The notes beneath the pieces are model-generated. The model saw only the letters and a list, made by a program, of their open reading frames with translations. It was not told the origin of the DNA and made no database searches. A stretch of DNA of 63,962 nucleotides, counting the filler, from Sanchytrium tribonematis (Eukaryota), in NCBI GenBank assembly GCA_018985235.1. It is 6 parts of 6 records of this genome, joined end to end, with 100 filler letters (N's around TTAATTAATTAA, not from the genome) between each part and the next. Parts side by side here need not be neighbours in the genome. Positions count along the whole stretch, not along the records: positions 21,837 to 32,644 come from JADGIG010000282.1; 5 more parts are not named here. The stretch is one strand, 5' to 3'. The translations under genes and the position numbers were made by a program. Below, piece by piece: positions 22,275 through 31,254 of the stretch; the stretch's first letter is position 1, and each line of letters opens with the position of its first letter.

Positions 22275-25200
22275 ATGTTATCTGATGACCAATCAGATCT
22301 TGAGACAGGAGCCACCAATCGTACAACAGACTTGGTAAATCTATTAAATTCAAAAATTTCCCCTTGGACTATGGAATCACTACCAAGAATTGACACATCA
22401 ACGAAAAAGGCATTAGAAGCCTATAAAAAAGGAATTATTGGAGTGAATATGGCACATTTCTTTGTCTTGAATGTTCCAATTTACGGAAAAGATGAAGATG
22501 GATACGTTGACACTTTACCATTGAAGAGAATTTGCGCTAAAATTGCAAAAATCAAGGACCGACAAATTCCTAGAATAGAATTCATCTACAATAATTCAAT
22601 ATTAGAGGTTATTTTACCAAAACGTAATGAAGATGCAGTTAAAACAGCATTTGCTGCACTTAAATATAACCCAGAATTTTCTGAGTACTCCCAAATTGAA
22701 ATTCTTAGCCGATCTGACTGGATTTCCCATTTTAAATCTACTGAAATTTCCGAATTAAAGAAGGAGTGTAGAAGAATTGGGAATTCAGTTGCCAAACTAG
22801 CATATCTAATTAAACAATCAGATAAAGACACAAAATACAAAAATGATGTTTCGGATAAACTTTTAAAATTGGCAAAACAATTAGATAAGAACTTTGAACC
22901 AGATCAATTTCTTGTGCTGGTCAAAAAACACATCAAAGTGGTTAATTCAAAAAATTTGAATTTGGACCTCAATTTTTCTAAGAATTCAGGTGAAAGAGCG
23001 GCTATTAATCCACTTTTACAATCCCTGTTTCACCCCTCAAATGATGCAACCATGGACAATGATCATAATTCAGATCAAAATTCACTAAACGATGACTCCC
23101 CCGTAACCCCAATCTCCCAAACTGCACAAGATTTGCTATCCCAAAAGCAAGTTCGATCCACAAGAAATGAAATTGATACATTGAATATGGGTCAATTTCA
23201 ACTCACCATCAATGGCAATAGTCAAATTCAACATTTAGATAGACAAATCTCAATCCGGAATTTGCTAGATTTGCATCAATGCGAACATTATTTATTTAAT
23301 CTGGAATGCGGATTTGATCTGAATACAATAGTCACACCAGGGGCATCAATTATATTATTCAACAATAATGTTGATGTTCGTTCTATAGGCTGTAACATCT
23401 TTGGTAAAAAGACCACAATTCTTGCACCGCGAGAATTTTCCTTCCATCAGCTACTTCCACTAAATCTTCATTCTAATTTTGAATCCACTCACATTATTAA
23501 AATTAATCACATTCAAATTCATCATGATTTTATCCAAACTACAGCAATTGATCACATAGAAATTACGTTATTAAATTTTTCTAATTATTTATCATCTTTT
23601 TCTTATGACAATTCACAATCAGGCATAAATATCATATTCAAATATTTTCAATTACCCAGCAAATGTATGTACACCCAATCAGCAGATTGGTTCTCATTTA
23701 TTGCGGAATTAAGTTCAAAATTTAAACTTGATTTGGGATCTCTAAATATCTATCAAAATGGCATTCTTCAACTTAATAATTTTAAAATACAAAACGATGA
23801 TCAAATTTTTGTCACTGGCAAGCAACTAGGAGGTTCAAAATACAACCTCCGAACTCGCAAATCCACCTTCTACAATTCCAAAATTCAGATTGACCTGTCC
23901 ACTATAAAGCAAAATGTTCATACTTCTATTCAGCTTGACGTATCACGTATTGGATACTACAATATTGATGGTCTCCGTTCCAAATACTCAACCATTTGTC
24001 CAATTATGGAAAATAACAATATTGATTTATTGTTTCTCAGTGAGACCAAACTAGGCAAACATAATTCTATTGGTCAACCAATTGTCTTCCATACTGACAC
24101 TGTCAATAATCAGTATGGTATGGCATTGGCCTTACATCCCAAGTATATACATAGAAATATTTCAATTCAGTCATCCTCTTCTTATCATATTAATATTGAT
24201 ATAGATGAATTGAACATCTTGGCAATTTATATTCCACATAAAATCAAAGACAAGTTTAAATTTTATCAAGAACATTTTGTCAAATATATAAATGAAAACA
24301 CCTATTTGATTGGTGATTTTAATGTCGCCTTAAAAAACGATTCGCTACCAATCACAAATTTGTTTAAAAGTGACTTGTTCCGCAAACAATTAATTTATCA
24401 TGACATCCCCGATACGATGTTCACCTTTTATAGGGAAACAAGAAATGGAATTGAAACAACCCAACCTGATCATCTTATAATCCCATTAGATCCAAAAAGA
24501 AAGGTTGTGAATTCAGGCACAATTTTATTCCCGATTTCATATCACTGTCTACTTTATTTTGATATTTCAGTGACCCAAATCCCATTACTTCCAAAAAATC
24601 CAAAAATTAGATCTTACAAATTGTCTGAAGAACAGATTAATTTCGAATTCCAACACAATTTGGATTTAGAACTTATCAAATCAAGAACAACTTTTCTTAG
24701 CCTGGTCGATAAACCACAAGATTTCCTCAACTCATTATCTGTAGATAAAAAACTAGAAATTGCAAATGAATCCTATTTAATTCTGCAAAATATCTGTGTA
24801 AAATCCGCAAAAATGGCTGCCGGAATGACTCAAGCCATTCCGACTGAATTGAATAATGATTTATTTAATTTGGGTCAAGAATTGCTCACAAACTACAATT
24901 CAACCACAAAATTGAAAGTCAAAAGATATCAAAAATCTTTTTTAGAACTAAATAAAGAGCGTCATAATAGACTGGATGACTCGGAATTTATTAAGCAACT
25001 TAAATATCGAAGAAGAAGAAAATTTAACAAAGACACAATGATGGACTATCGCAAATTGGACCAATATATTGATTTGTTGAAATTCAAATGGAATACAGGA
25101 GAATCTGTCGATTTAAATTGTAATTTTCCTTGCTCCACTGATTCCTTCCGATTTTCCACCGATGACCTCAACAACGCCTTGAAATCACTTCCCAAAGGCA

Positions 25201-27275
25201 AATCTAGTGGACCTGACAACATAGATTCAGAGATGTTGCGGAATGCCTCGAACTCATTTAAAGAAATGCTTTTAAAATTTTTTAATTTATGTCTTGTAAT
25301 GGGTATAACACCCGATCTATTGAAATGTAGTGATTTGATTGGATTATACAAAAAGGGAGACGGTACAGATTTTGTCAACCATTACAGATACATTGGTATC
25401 TCTTCACAAGTTAAAAAACTGTTCTGTAAAATGATTTCCAACGAAATTTATAACATTTTTATGCCTTCCCATCGTCAATATGGCTATCAGCCAAATTTAA
25501 GTGTTAGTGACTGTGTTTTTGATGTTAATGCTGAGATTGAGAGATTGGAAAATGCAAACATAAAGTTCAAAGTCCATCAGTTAGATGTAAAAAGTGCTTT
25601 CGATAAATTGGATAGAACATCTATTTATAACTTCCTCACGTCCGCCAATTGCTCCATCATGTTTAAGCAGATCATTTGGGAGCTTTGTAGATCTCAAAAC
25701 ATAAGGCTCCGACTGGGCCAATTTACTTCAAAATATGTTTCAACCAATCAAGGTGTCACTCAGGGTGATGTCTTGAGTCCTAAATTGTTCTCTATAATGC
25801 TTGATTTGTGTTTTGTAGACTGGGATGAAAGTCGAGGCAAAATATTTATATTCGCTGACGATCTATTATTTATTGAAATTTTAAGTGATCATTCTGTGTC
25901 TGCAAATGTTATTGATGAGTTTAATCAAAGATTGTCAACCATTGGCTTAGAATTGTCAATGGAAAAATGTGAGACACTTGGTGAAAATTACTCTAAATAC
26001 TTGGGATATCAAATCTGTAATCGTGGGATTGACATGAATCAACAAATTAAAATTAACTTGAAGAATGCCCACCATAAGGTGCGAGAATTGGGTAAACTAG
26101 GCGTCTTCAAAAATACGGTTTCAGTTTCCAAACTAATGCGGTGTTTAGGAAGTTCAGTTCTTCCTACACTGGAATTTGGTCTTCAGATTTGGAATCCAGA
26201 TCCAAAGGATTGCAAGAAAATTGACAAGTTTCTAAAAGACACAATTAGAAATTACTCAGGTGCTGGTCGAATGACTGCATTGCCAGACTTGTACGAAATT
26301 TACAATTTCACAGAGTACTTTTATCGTTGGCAGAGTCGGCATATTTCTTGGAATAATCACTTATCACATAGAAATGGCACATTAGATATAGTATATAATG
26401 AAAAAATTTCCTACTCATTTAAACCACATAAAAAATTGAAAGATTTAAATCAGAACTATCCCGGATTAACGCGATTATTAAATCGCCAAGTGCCTCTAAA
26501 ACCAATAAGATGTCCAATTTGCAAATTAGAGCACAAAGTTGCAAATGGGTCCGTTTTGTGCTTCAAAAACTTTATTCAATCCTTAAATTCCTTATGCGAA
26601 ACACCTCAGTGTCATCAATTAACTAGATTAGACATTGATATGTATTTATTAAATAACCAATCAGAATTGGTATCTAACATTCCGAATAGAGTCACTCACA
26701 TCTACACTGATGGTAGTTTGGTGAATAGTTCTGCTACGTGTGCATATTTAATTATTCAGAATGGAGGTTGTAAAATAAAATCTGCCAATATCAGTCATTT
26801 GAATGTAAAAAGCAGCACTCGTGCTGAAATAATTGGTGTAATTTACGCAATGAATGATTCAGAATTAAATTTACAAAATGAAATTATTGTCCACAGTGAC
26901 AGTAAAAGTGCTATTGCTAGCATTGAGAATTTTCAAAATGGTAAAAATTATGCAAAAATACAGTGTGGTGATTTACTCGTTCAAAGTAAATTGATGCATA
27001 AATCAGTTCAAATGAAATGGGTAAAGGCTCACTCTGGTGTAGTTGGTAATGAAATATGTGACAAATTGTGCTGCTTAGATAGTGAAATTGATGCATCCTT
27101 GGAAATGATGATATCTGAGAATAGTAGAATCGCAATGGATTCATTTGCAAATATTGCGCGAATTAATGGACATTTCCTTCATAAATTGAATGAAACAATC
27201 AGATGGTCTGATGCAAAGCAAGCACTCATTAGAAATAATATTAATTCTTTATTAAAAGAGTATTTCAACGAATAA
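22275..27275 (+). CDS. LINE polyprotein: ORF1/RRM-like - 3x ubiquitin-like(GG) - APE - RT - CCHC - RNase H
   Basis: APE GYYNIDGL, LSETK, GDFN, PDH, SYH; RT KSSGPDNI, QYGY, LDVKSAFD, GVTQGDVLSP, FADD (25851-25862), KYLG; RNH YTDGS, RAE, SDS, WVKAHSG, GNEICD; frame open from 22047, probable ATG 22275. Confidence 0.9.
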   Translation: MLSDDQSDLETGATNRTTDLVNLLNSKISPWTMESLPRIDTSTKKALEAYKKGIIGVNMAHFFVLNVPIYGKDEDGYVDTLPLKRICAKIAKIKDRQIPRIEFIYNNSILEVILPKRNEDAVKTAFAALKYNPEFSEYSQIEILSRSDWISHFKSTEISELKKECRRIGNSVAKLAYLIKQSDKDTKYKNDVSDKLLKLAKQLDKNFEPDQFLVLVKKHIKVVNSKNLNLDLNFSKNSGERAAINPLLQSLFHPSNDATMDNDHNSDQNSLNDDSPVTPISQTAQDLLSQKQVRSTRNEIDTLNMGQFQLTINGNSQIQHLDRQISIRNLLDLHQCEHYLFNLECGFDLNTIVTPGASIILFNNNVDVRSIGCNIFGKKTTILAPREFSFHQLLPLNLHSNFESTHIIKINHIQIHHDFIQTTAIDHIEITLLNFSNYLSSFSYDNSQSGINIIFKYFQLPSKCMYTQSADWFSFIAELSSKFKLDLGSLNIYQNGILQLNNFKIQNDDQIFVTGKQLGGSKYNLRTRKSTFYNSKIQIDLSTIKQNVHTSIQLDVSRIGYYNIDGLRSKYSTICPIMENNNIDLLFLSETKLGKHNSIGQPIVFHTDTVNNQYGMALALHPKYIHRNISIQSSSSYHINIDIDELNILAIYIPHKIKDKFKFYQEHFVKYINENTYLIGDFNVALKNDSLPITNLFKSDLFRKQLIYHDIPDTMFTFYRETRNGIETTQPDHLIIPLDPKRKVVNSGTILFPISYHCLLYFDISVTQIPLLPKNPKIRSYKLSEEQINFEFQHNLDLELIKSRTTFLSLVDKPQDFLNSLSVDKKLEIANESYLILQNICVKSAKMAAGMTQAIPTELNNDLFNLGQELLTNYNSTTKLKVKRYQKSFLELNKERHNRLDDSEFIKQLKYRRRRKFNKDTMMDYRKLDQYIDLLKFKWNTGESVDLNCNFPCSTDSFRFSTDDLNNALKSLPKGKSSGPDNIDSEMLRNASNSFKEMLLKFFNLCLVMGITPDLLKCSDLIGLYKKGDGTDFVNHYRYIGISSQVKKLFCKMISNEIYNIFMPSHRQYGYQPNLSVSDCVFDVNAEIERLENANIKFKVHQLDVKSAFDKLDRTSIYNFLTSANCSIMFKQIIWELCRSQNIRLRLGQFTSKYVSTNQGVTQGDVLSPKLFSIMLDLCFVDWDESRGKIFIFADDLLFIEILSDHSVSANVIDEFNQRLSTIGLELSMEKCETLGENYSKYLGYQICNRGIDMNQQIKINLKNAHHKVRELGKLGVFKNTVSVSKLMRCLGSSVLPTLEFGLQIWNPDPKDCKKIDKFLKDTIRNYSGAGRMTALPDLYEIYNFTEYFYRWQSRHISWNNHLSHRNGTLDIVYNEKISYSFKPHKKLKDLNQNYPGLTRLLNRQVPLKPIRCPICKLEHKVANGSVLCFKNFIQSLNSLCETPQCHQLTRLDIDMYLLNNQSELVSNIPNRVTHIYTDGSLVNSSATCAYLIIQNGGCKIKSANISHLNVKSSTRAEIIGVIYAMNDSELNLQNEIIVHSDSKSAIASIENFQNGKNYAKIQCGDLLVQSKLMHKSVQMKWVKAHSGVVGNEICDKLCCLDSEIDASLEMMISENSRIAMDSFANIARINGHFLHKLNETIRWSDAKQALIRNNINSLLKEYFNE

Positions 27276-27280
27276 ATAAC

Positions 27281-27299
27281 CAGCAGTCTTTGACTGCTG
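27281..27299 (+). other. 3'-UTR stem-loop CAGCAGTC-TTT-GACTGCTG of the LINE
   Basis: Perfect 8-bp inverted repeat 8 nt before the poly(A). Confidence 0.75.
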
Positions 27300-27570
27300 C
27301 ATTCAGTAAAAAAAAAAAAATATAAATGGGAATATAGATAGCCATCAGGTGAAATTAATTTGGATTATGTGAGTTAAACAATATTCGATATCATTGCCAA
27401 GTTTAAATTTTAATGCAAATCAAGTATATTTCAATATTTCCCACAATTCATTTGTCGGATCTTTCCCACAAGATATTCAATTTGATTATTATTGGTAGTA
27501 AAATGCCAATTCATAAATACAAATCAAATATTGAGCATCTAATGACTGAATAGCTATTCTATTTATTAAA

Positions 27571-28308
27571 TCATGGTTGTTTTGCACTACTTACTTCAAT
27601 AAATAGTAATTTGCCATTATTTATCAAATTGTTGATTGTGTTTTTGCAATTCTGTGATGAATCAATGATATTTTTAAATCTCTTTGGATCTAATTCTATA
27701 TTTAATCCATTAAAAATCACTTTAATCACACTACATGCACCATGTTGATGTAATATTTTAAACAATTGAGTAGCTTGATTTGTTGTCAACCCCATTTGAA
27801 TGATTTTATGAATAAGTGGTTGAATTTGATTAATATTCGACTTGTTGACTTTGAAATTCTTGGGTACCTCGTTCAATGGGTGATGATCAATCAGATCAAT
27901 CATTTCTGGATTATAAATATTAGTCAAAGCGATAGTCATTTCTTTAGATAGCGGAGTGACACCCAATAAACCATATATAAATTGAGTTGCCTCAATGAAT
28001 TTGACTTGATCATCTGTTAATCCTATCCAATGAATAGATTGGAGATATAAAAACAAAACATCACTGTAATTAGATTTAGTAGTTAGACTTTTAATCAAAT
28101 CACAATTCCCATTCTGACATGCGGATGCAGCTTCTTCAATAATCTGTTGTTGTTCCATTGGGGAAAATGAACATTCACTTTGAGTAGAATCAACCGGATG
28201 CGTAGGATCTACTTTTCGATTTTGAACTACACGACGCTCGTTACCGATTGTTTTTATGACGAACGGCATCACACAGAGTCCTGCAATAGCGATTAATGAT
28301 GCCTTCAT
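27571..28308 (-). CDS. Orphan secreted/signal-anchored protein, paralogue A
   Basis: Hydrophobic N-terminus; CSFS...AASACQNGNCDL shared with its neighbour. Confidence 0.75.
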   Translation of the reverse strand: MKASLIAIAGLCVMPFVIKTIGNERRVVQNRKVDPTHPVDSTQSECSFSPMEQQQIIEEAASACQNGNCDLIKSLTTKSNYSDVLFLYLQSIHWIGLTDDQVKFIEATQFIYGLLGVTPLSKEMTIALTNIYNPEMIDLIDHHPLNEVPKNFKVNKSNINQIQPLIHKIIQMGLTTNQATQLFKILHQHGACSVIKVIFNGLNIELDPKRFKNIIDSSQNCKNTINNLINNGKLLFIEVSSAKQP

Positions 28309-28351
28309 AAAGGGGATATTCTTTCGATTTCTTTTGATAGCAGAAGGAGTG

Positions 28352-28375
28352 TCACATGGTTGTACAATGGTTTCA
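28352..28375 (-). promoter_or_regulatory. Conserved upstream element of paralogue A
   Basis: TCACATGGTTGTACAATGGTTTCA (+ strand), 23/24 identical to 29792-29815, same distance from ATG. Confidence 0.7.
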
Positions 28376-28413
28376 CTTTCAAAATCAATTTACTTTTTAT
28401 TTATTCTTATTTA

Positions 28414-29748
28414 TCAGCGAAAACGACCTTTGTTGCCTAGTCGTTGTTCTTTCTTTTCTGCTATACTTTTCTTCCACTTGACATAACGCAATACAATTGA
28501 ATAAGCTTCACTCCATTTTGGTTGTTTCTCAAAAATACCTTGAGTAAATGCTTGTTCTAATTCATATTCCATTTCTTGTAATTCATACAACATCTTCCCT
28601 TTTAATAATGTTTTATAATCTTTTACAATCTTATGGTGAATGAATGATTTTGATGGTCCGTTTTCATCAAATGGAGACTTTAGCAAGTCTTTTAGCAATG
28701 TTGATGATAAATGAAACTGAATTTTGCCTTTTAGAATCAATTTTTCAATGACAGTGTCGCATGCTGTTATTCTCAAATCACCAAACACAAAGCTGGCACT
28801 TCTAGGGGAAATAAAAATAGTTTTTGCACTAAAAAGGACCCACATTGTTTTGTACGCACCATTATAATACAATGCATTGAATATTTTTAAACTGACAGTT
28901 GAGTCAGGTAATCCCACTTCAATCATCTTGTTAATCAATGGCATAATTGGACTGATATCGGATTGATCTACACGATAGTCAACAGGGACTCTGCTATATG
29001 TAAAAGGGTGTTTAAAATCCAGTAAACTTACATCATAATTATCAACTAAAAGTTGCGTAATTTCTTTCACATGTTTAGTGGCACCCAAGAATCCATTTGC
29101 CATTTGATACGCTAATATGGATTTGATTTCATCCTCTTTAAACCCAATCCACCCAGCTTTGTGCTCTTTTAAAAGCAAATGATCCCCATATTCAGATTTA
29201 CCAGCAAAAATGATTAATTTAAATAATTTCTTTTGCGCGTCTGTCAATTGATTCATAAAGGCTGTCAACAATTCAGTATTGGTGATGACTTGTGGATAAT
29301 TATGTAGAAGGTGAGGAAATCGACTATCAGTTGCACTTTTGAAAGAGAGGAACAATTCGCCAATTACTTTATCTTTTACATCCTGATTTGTAAGAGAAGT
29401 CAAATAATGCATCAAAAATGCAAGACCAGCATCATATCCGTTATCTAAACATGCATATAAATGTAATTTCAAGTCACTAATCAAATTAATGGAATTATCA
29501 AATGCAGTTTGGGCTAATTCGCAATTTCCTTTGTTGCACAATGAAGTAGCATACATCATAATTTCCTCTTGAACTCCAGAGGAGAATGAACACTTAGATT
29601 TAATCGCAGCAGAAATTTCGTTAATATTAGGCGGTTTTGACATAGATGCATGACGCACACCATTTTGACGAGATGCTCCGGATTGGGGTTGAAGGAATGC
29701 GTCTGACAGACAGATAGCCGACAATGCTGCGAGTCGTAGAGCTTTCAT
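28414..29748 (-). CDS. Orphan secreted protein, paralogue B
   Basis: Signal peptide MKALRLAALSAICLSDA; CSFS...ATSLCNKGNCEL; shared VPxxxxV..S.I..I.PLI.K.I..GL block. Confidence 0.75.
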   Translation of the reverse strand: MKALRLAALSAICLSDAFLQPQSGASRQNGVRHASMSKPPNINEISAAIKSKCSFSSGVQEEIMMYATSLCNKGNCELAQTAFDNSINLISDLKLHLYACLDNGYDAGLAFLMHYLTSLTNQDVKDKVIGELFLSFKSATDSRFPHLLHNYPQVITNTELLTAFMNQLTDAQKKLFKLIIFAGKSEYGDHLLLKEHKAGWIGFKEDEIKSILAYQMANGFLGATKHVKEITQLLVDNYDVSLLDFKHPFTYSRVPVDYRVDQSDISPIMPLINKMIEVGLPDSTVSLKIFNALYYNGAYKTMWVLFSAKTIFISPRSASFVFGDLRITACDTVIEKLILKGKIQFHLSSTLLKDLLKSPFDENGPSKSFIHHKIVKDYKTLLKGKMLYELQEMEYELEQAFTQGIFEKQPKWSEAYSIVLRYVKWKKSIAEKKEQRLGNKGRFR

Positions 29749-29791
29749 CGAGGGGAACTTCTTTGGTTTCTTTTTGATCAAAAATGGGGTA

Positions 29792-29815
29792 TCACATGGT
29801 TATACAATGGTTTCA
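29792..29815 (-). promoter_or_regulatory. Conserved upstream element of paralogue B
   Basis: TCACATGGTTATACAATGGTTTCA (+ strand). Confidence 0.7.
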
Positions 29816-29945
29816 AGTTGAAAACATTTTCAAACTGGTCAGAAAGAATCAATCCTATTGATTGACCGTGTTGCGCAAACTTATGATCAAATATTGCATT
29901 TTATCAATTCAAAATAACATATGTGAATTTATTAGTAATTGCAAA

Positions 29946-30089
29946 TCATCTGCAAGTTTTAAAGCAACAATACAGCCATGATAATTTCCTGACCACATGG
30001 TGCTTCTTCTTATGTCGTGGTTCCACATAAACTGCTCTAGGATATTGTCTTTGTTGGGATTCAACCATGGGTTCTCCGAAATGAGGCAT
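29946..30089 (-). CDS. 47-aa protein with Cys-rich tail (CYSTM-like)
   Basis: MPHFGEPMVESQQRQYPRAVYVEPRHKKKHHVVRKLSWLYCCFKTCR*; TATAAA on the minus strand at 30114-30119. Confidence 0.5.
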   Translation of the reverse strand: MPHFGEPMVESQQRQYPRAVYVEPRHKKKHHVVRKLSWLYCCFKTCR

Positions 30090-30215
30090 ATTCTATAAAT
30101 TGCGCAATCTATATTTATATCAAATCTAATCCTACTCTAACATCCAAATGATGGTCTAGTTTAACAAATTGAAGAGCAGTCATTTGAAATCCACATGTTT
30201 TGAAAATTATAAATT

Positions 30216-30401
30216 TTATTGAAATTGAGTTGATTTTAATGGTTTCCCATGTAATTTCAATTTGCGATGGTGATTTAAATGTCCTAAAGTACCATAAGAT
30301 CGATAACAATATGCAAAATCACACCAATATTTTCTATGAATATCTAATTTCAACCTTCTCTTTTTCTTCTTTTCTACAGGTGGCACATTCTCATCATCCA
30401 T
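30216..30401 (-). CDS. Minimal Con7-like C2H2 zinc-finger protein (frame open to 30494)
   Basis: KRRLKLDIHRKYWCDFAYCYRSYGTLGHLNHHRKLKLHG matches the Con7-type finger. Confidence 0.7.
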   Translation of the reverse strand: MDDENVPPVEKKKKRRLKLDIHRKYWCDFAYCYRSYGTLGHLNHHRKLKLHGKPLKSTQFQ

Positions 30402-30483
30402 GACATGTAATTTAGGATGATATTGGGCATAATATGCCAATACTTGATTCAAATTGAATGAATCAGGAAGATATAAATCCAAT

Positions 30484-30768
30484 TTATTTTTCATTTTGGA
30501 TTTGTTTTAAATCAGATTCAGAAATAGAATTTGCATCCATTCGAATCCGCTTTCTTGTTAATTTACGATAATTTAAACATATTGGAATGGATATCATGGA
30601 TATGATGCAGAATGATCCCACTGAAATATTACAACTTTTTAATACATTGCCATTTCTCAAATAATGTAGTAATCCTAAAGTAAATCCAGTAGATATACCT
30701 GATAATAATGATGGTCTAACACATGGTTGATGAATTGCGTCTTTGAGTTCATTTATGAGATGTGACAT
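30484..30768 (-). CDS. COX20: Cytochrome c oxidase assembly factor Cox20
   Basis: PCVRPSLLSGI, two TM segments, N.SVGSF, terminal C...R. Confidence 0.75.
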   Translation of the reverse strand: MSHLINELKDAIHQPCVRPSLLSGISTGFTLGLLHYLRNGNVLKSCNISVGSFCIISMISIPICLNYRKLTRKRIRMDANSISESDLKQIQNEK

Positions 30769-30818
30769 GGAGATTTATTTTCAAAATTGATTTTATTGCC
30801 AATTTACCATTACGAATG

Positions 30819-31235
30819 TCAATCAGTCATTTTAAACATCAACTTACGCACAAAATAAAGTACCAATGTTATCCTTGGGATTAAATAGACTCCAATCTTA
30901 TCAGATTTCATTTTAAAATGATTCGTCAATTTTACGAGAGACTCACAAGTTTTCTTTGCATATTTCCCTTTCTCATTCCCCAAATTGACCACTTGACATT
31001 CCTCATTATCAACCAATGTTTTTAATGCATCCGAGTGTATTTCTCCAGTAGTTTCATCAAAATATTGATTTTGCTCTTGAATCCCAAATAATAAGCATGC
31101 CATATCAATAGACGATCGGCAACTGACTGACTCACATTTGTCAACTTTATTCATGCAATTCAACATATTCTCATCCATGTGATTTCCATTACAAATTACA
31201 TTGAAATTGCAATTATTTCTACTAGATACTCTCAT
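30819..31235 (-). CDS. Cys-rich orphan with C-terminal TM; partial paralogue of 31255-32100
   Basis: TGEIHSDALKTLVDNEECQVVNLG shared with its neighbour. Confidence 0.55.
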   Translation of the reverse strand: MRVSSRNNCNFNVICNGNHMDENMLNCMNKVDKCESVSCRSSIDMACLLFGIQEQNQYFDETTGEIHSDALKTLVDNEECQVVNLGNEKGKYAKKTCESLVKLTNHFKMKSDKIGVYLIPRITLVLYFVRKLMFKMTD

Positions 31236-31254
31236 TGACTCTACATTCTATTTA

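Larger units (their letters stand above)
22049..27320 (+). mobile_element. Apparently full-length non-LTR retrotransposon (LINE) with single ORF, 3' hairpin and poly(A)
   Basis: APE, RT and RNase H motifs; short 3' UTR; A13 tail at 27308-27320; 5' boundary approximate. Confidence 0.92.
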
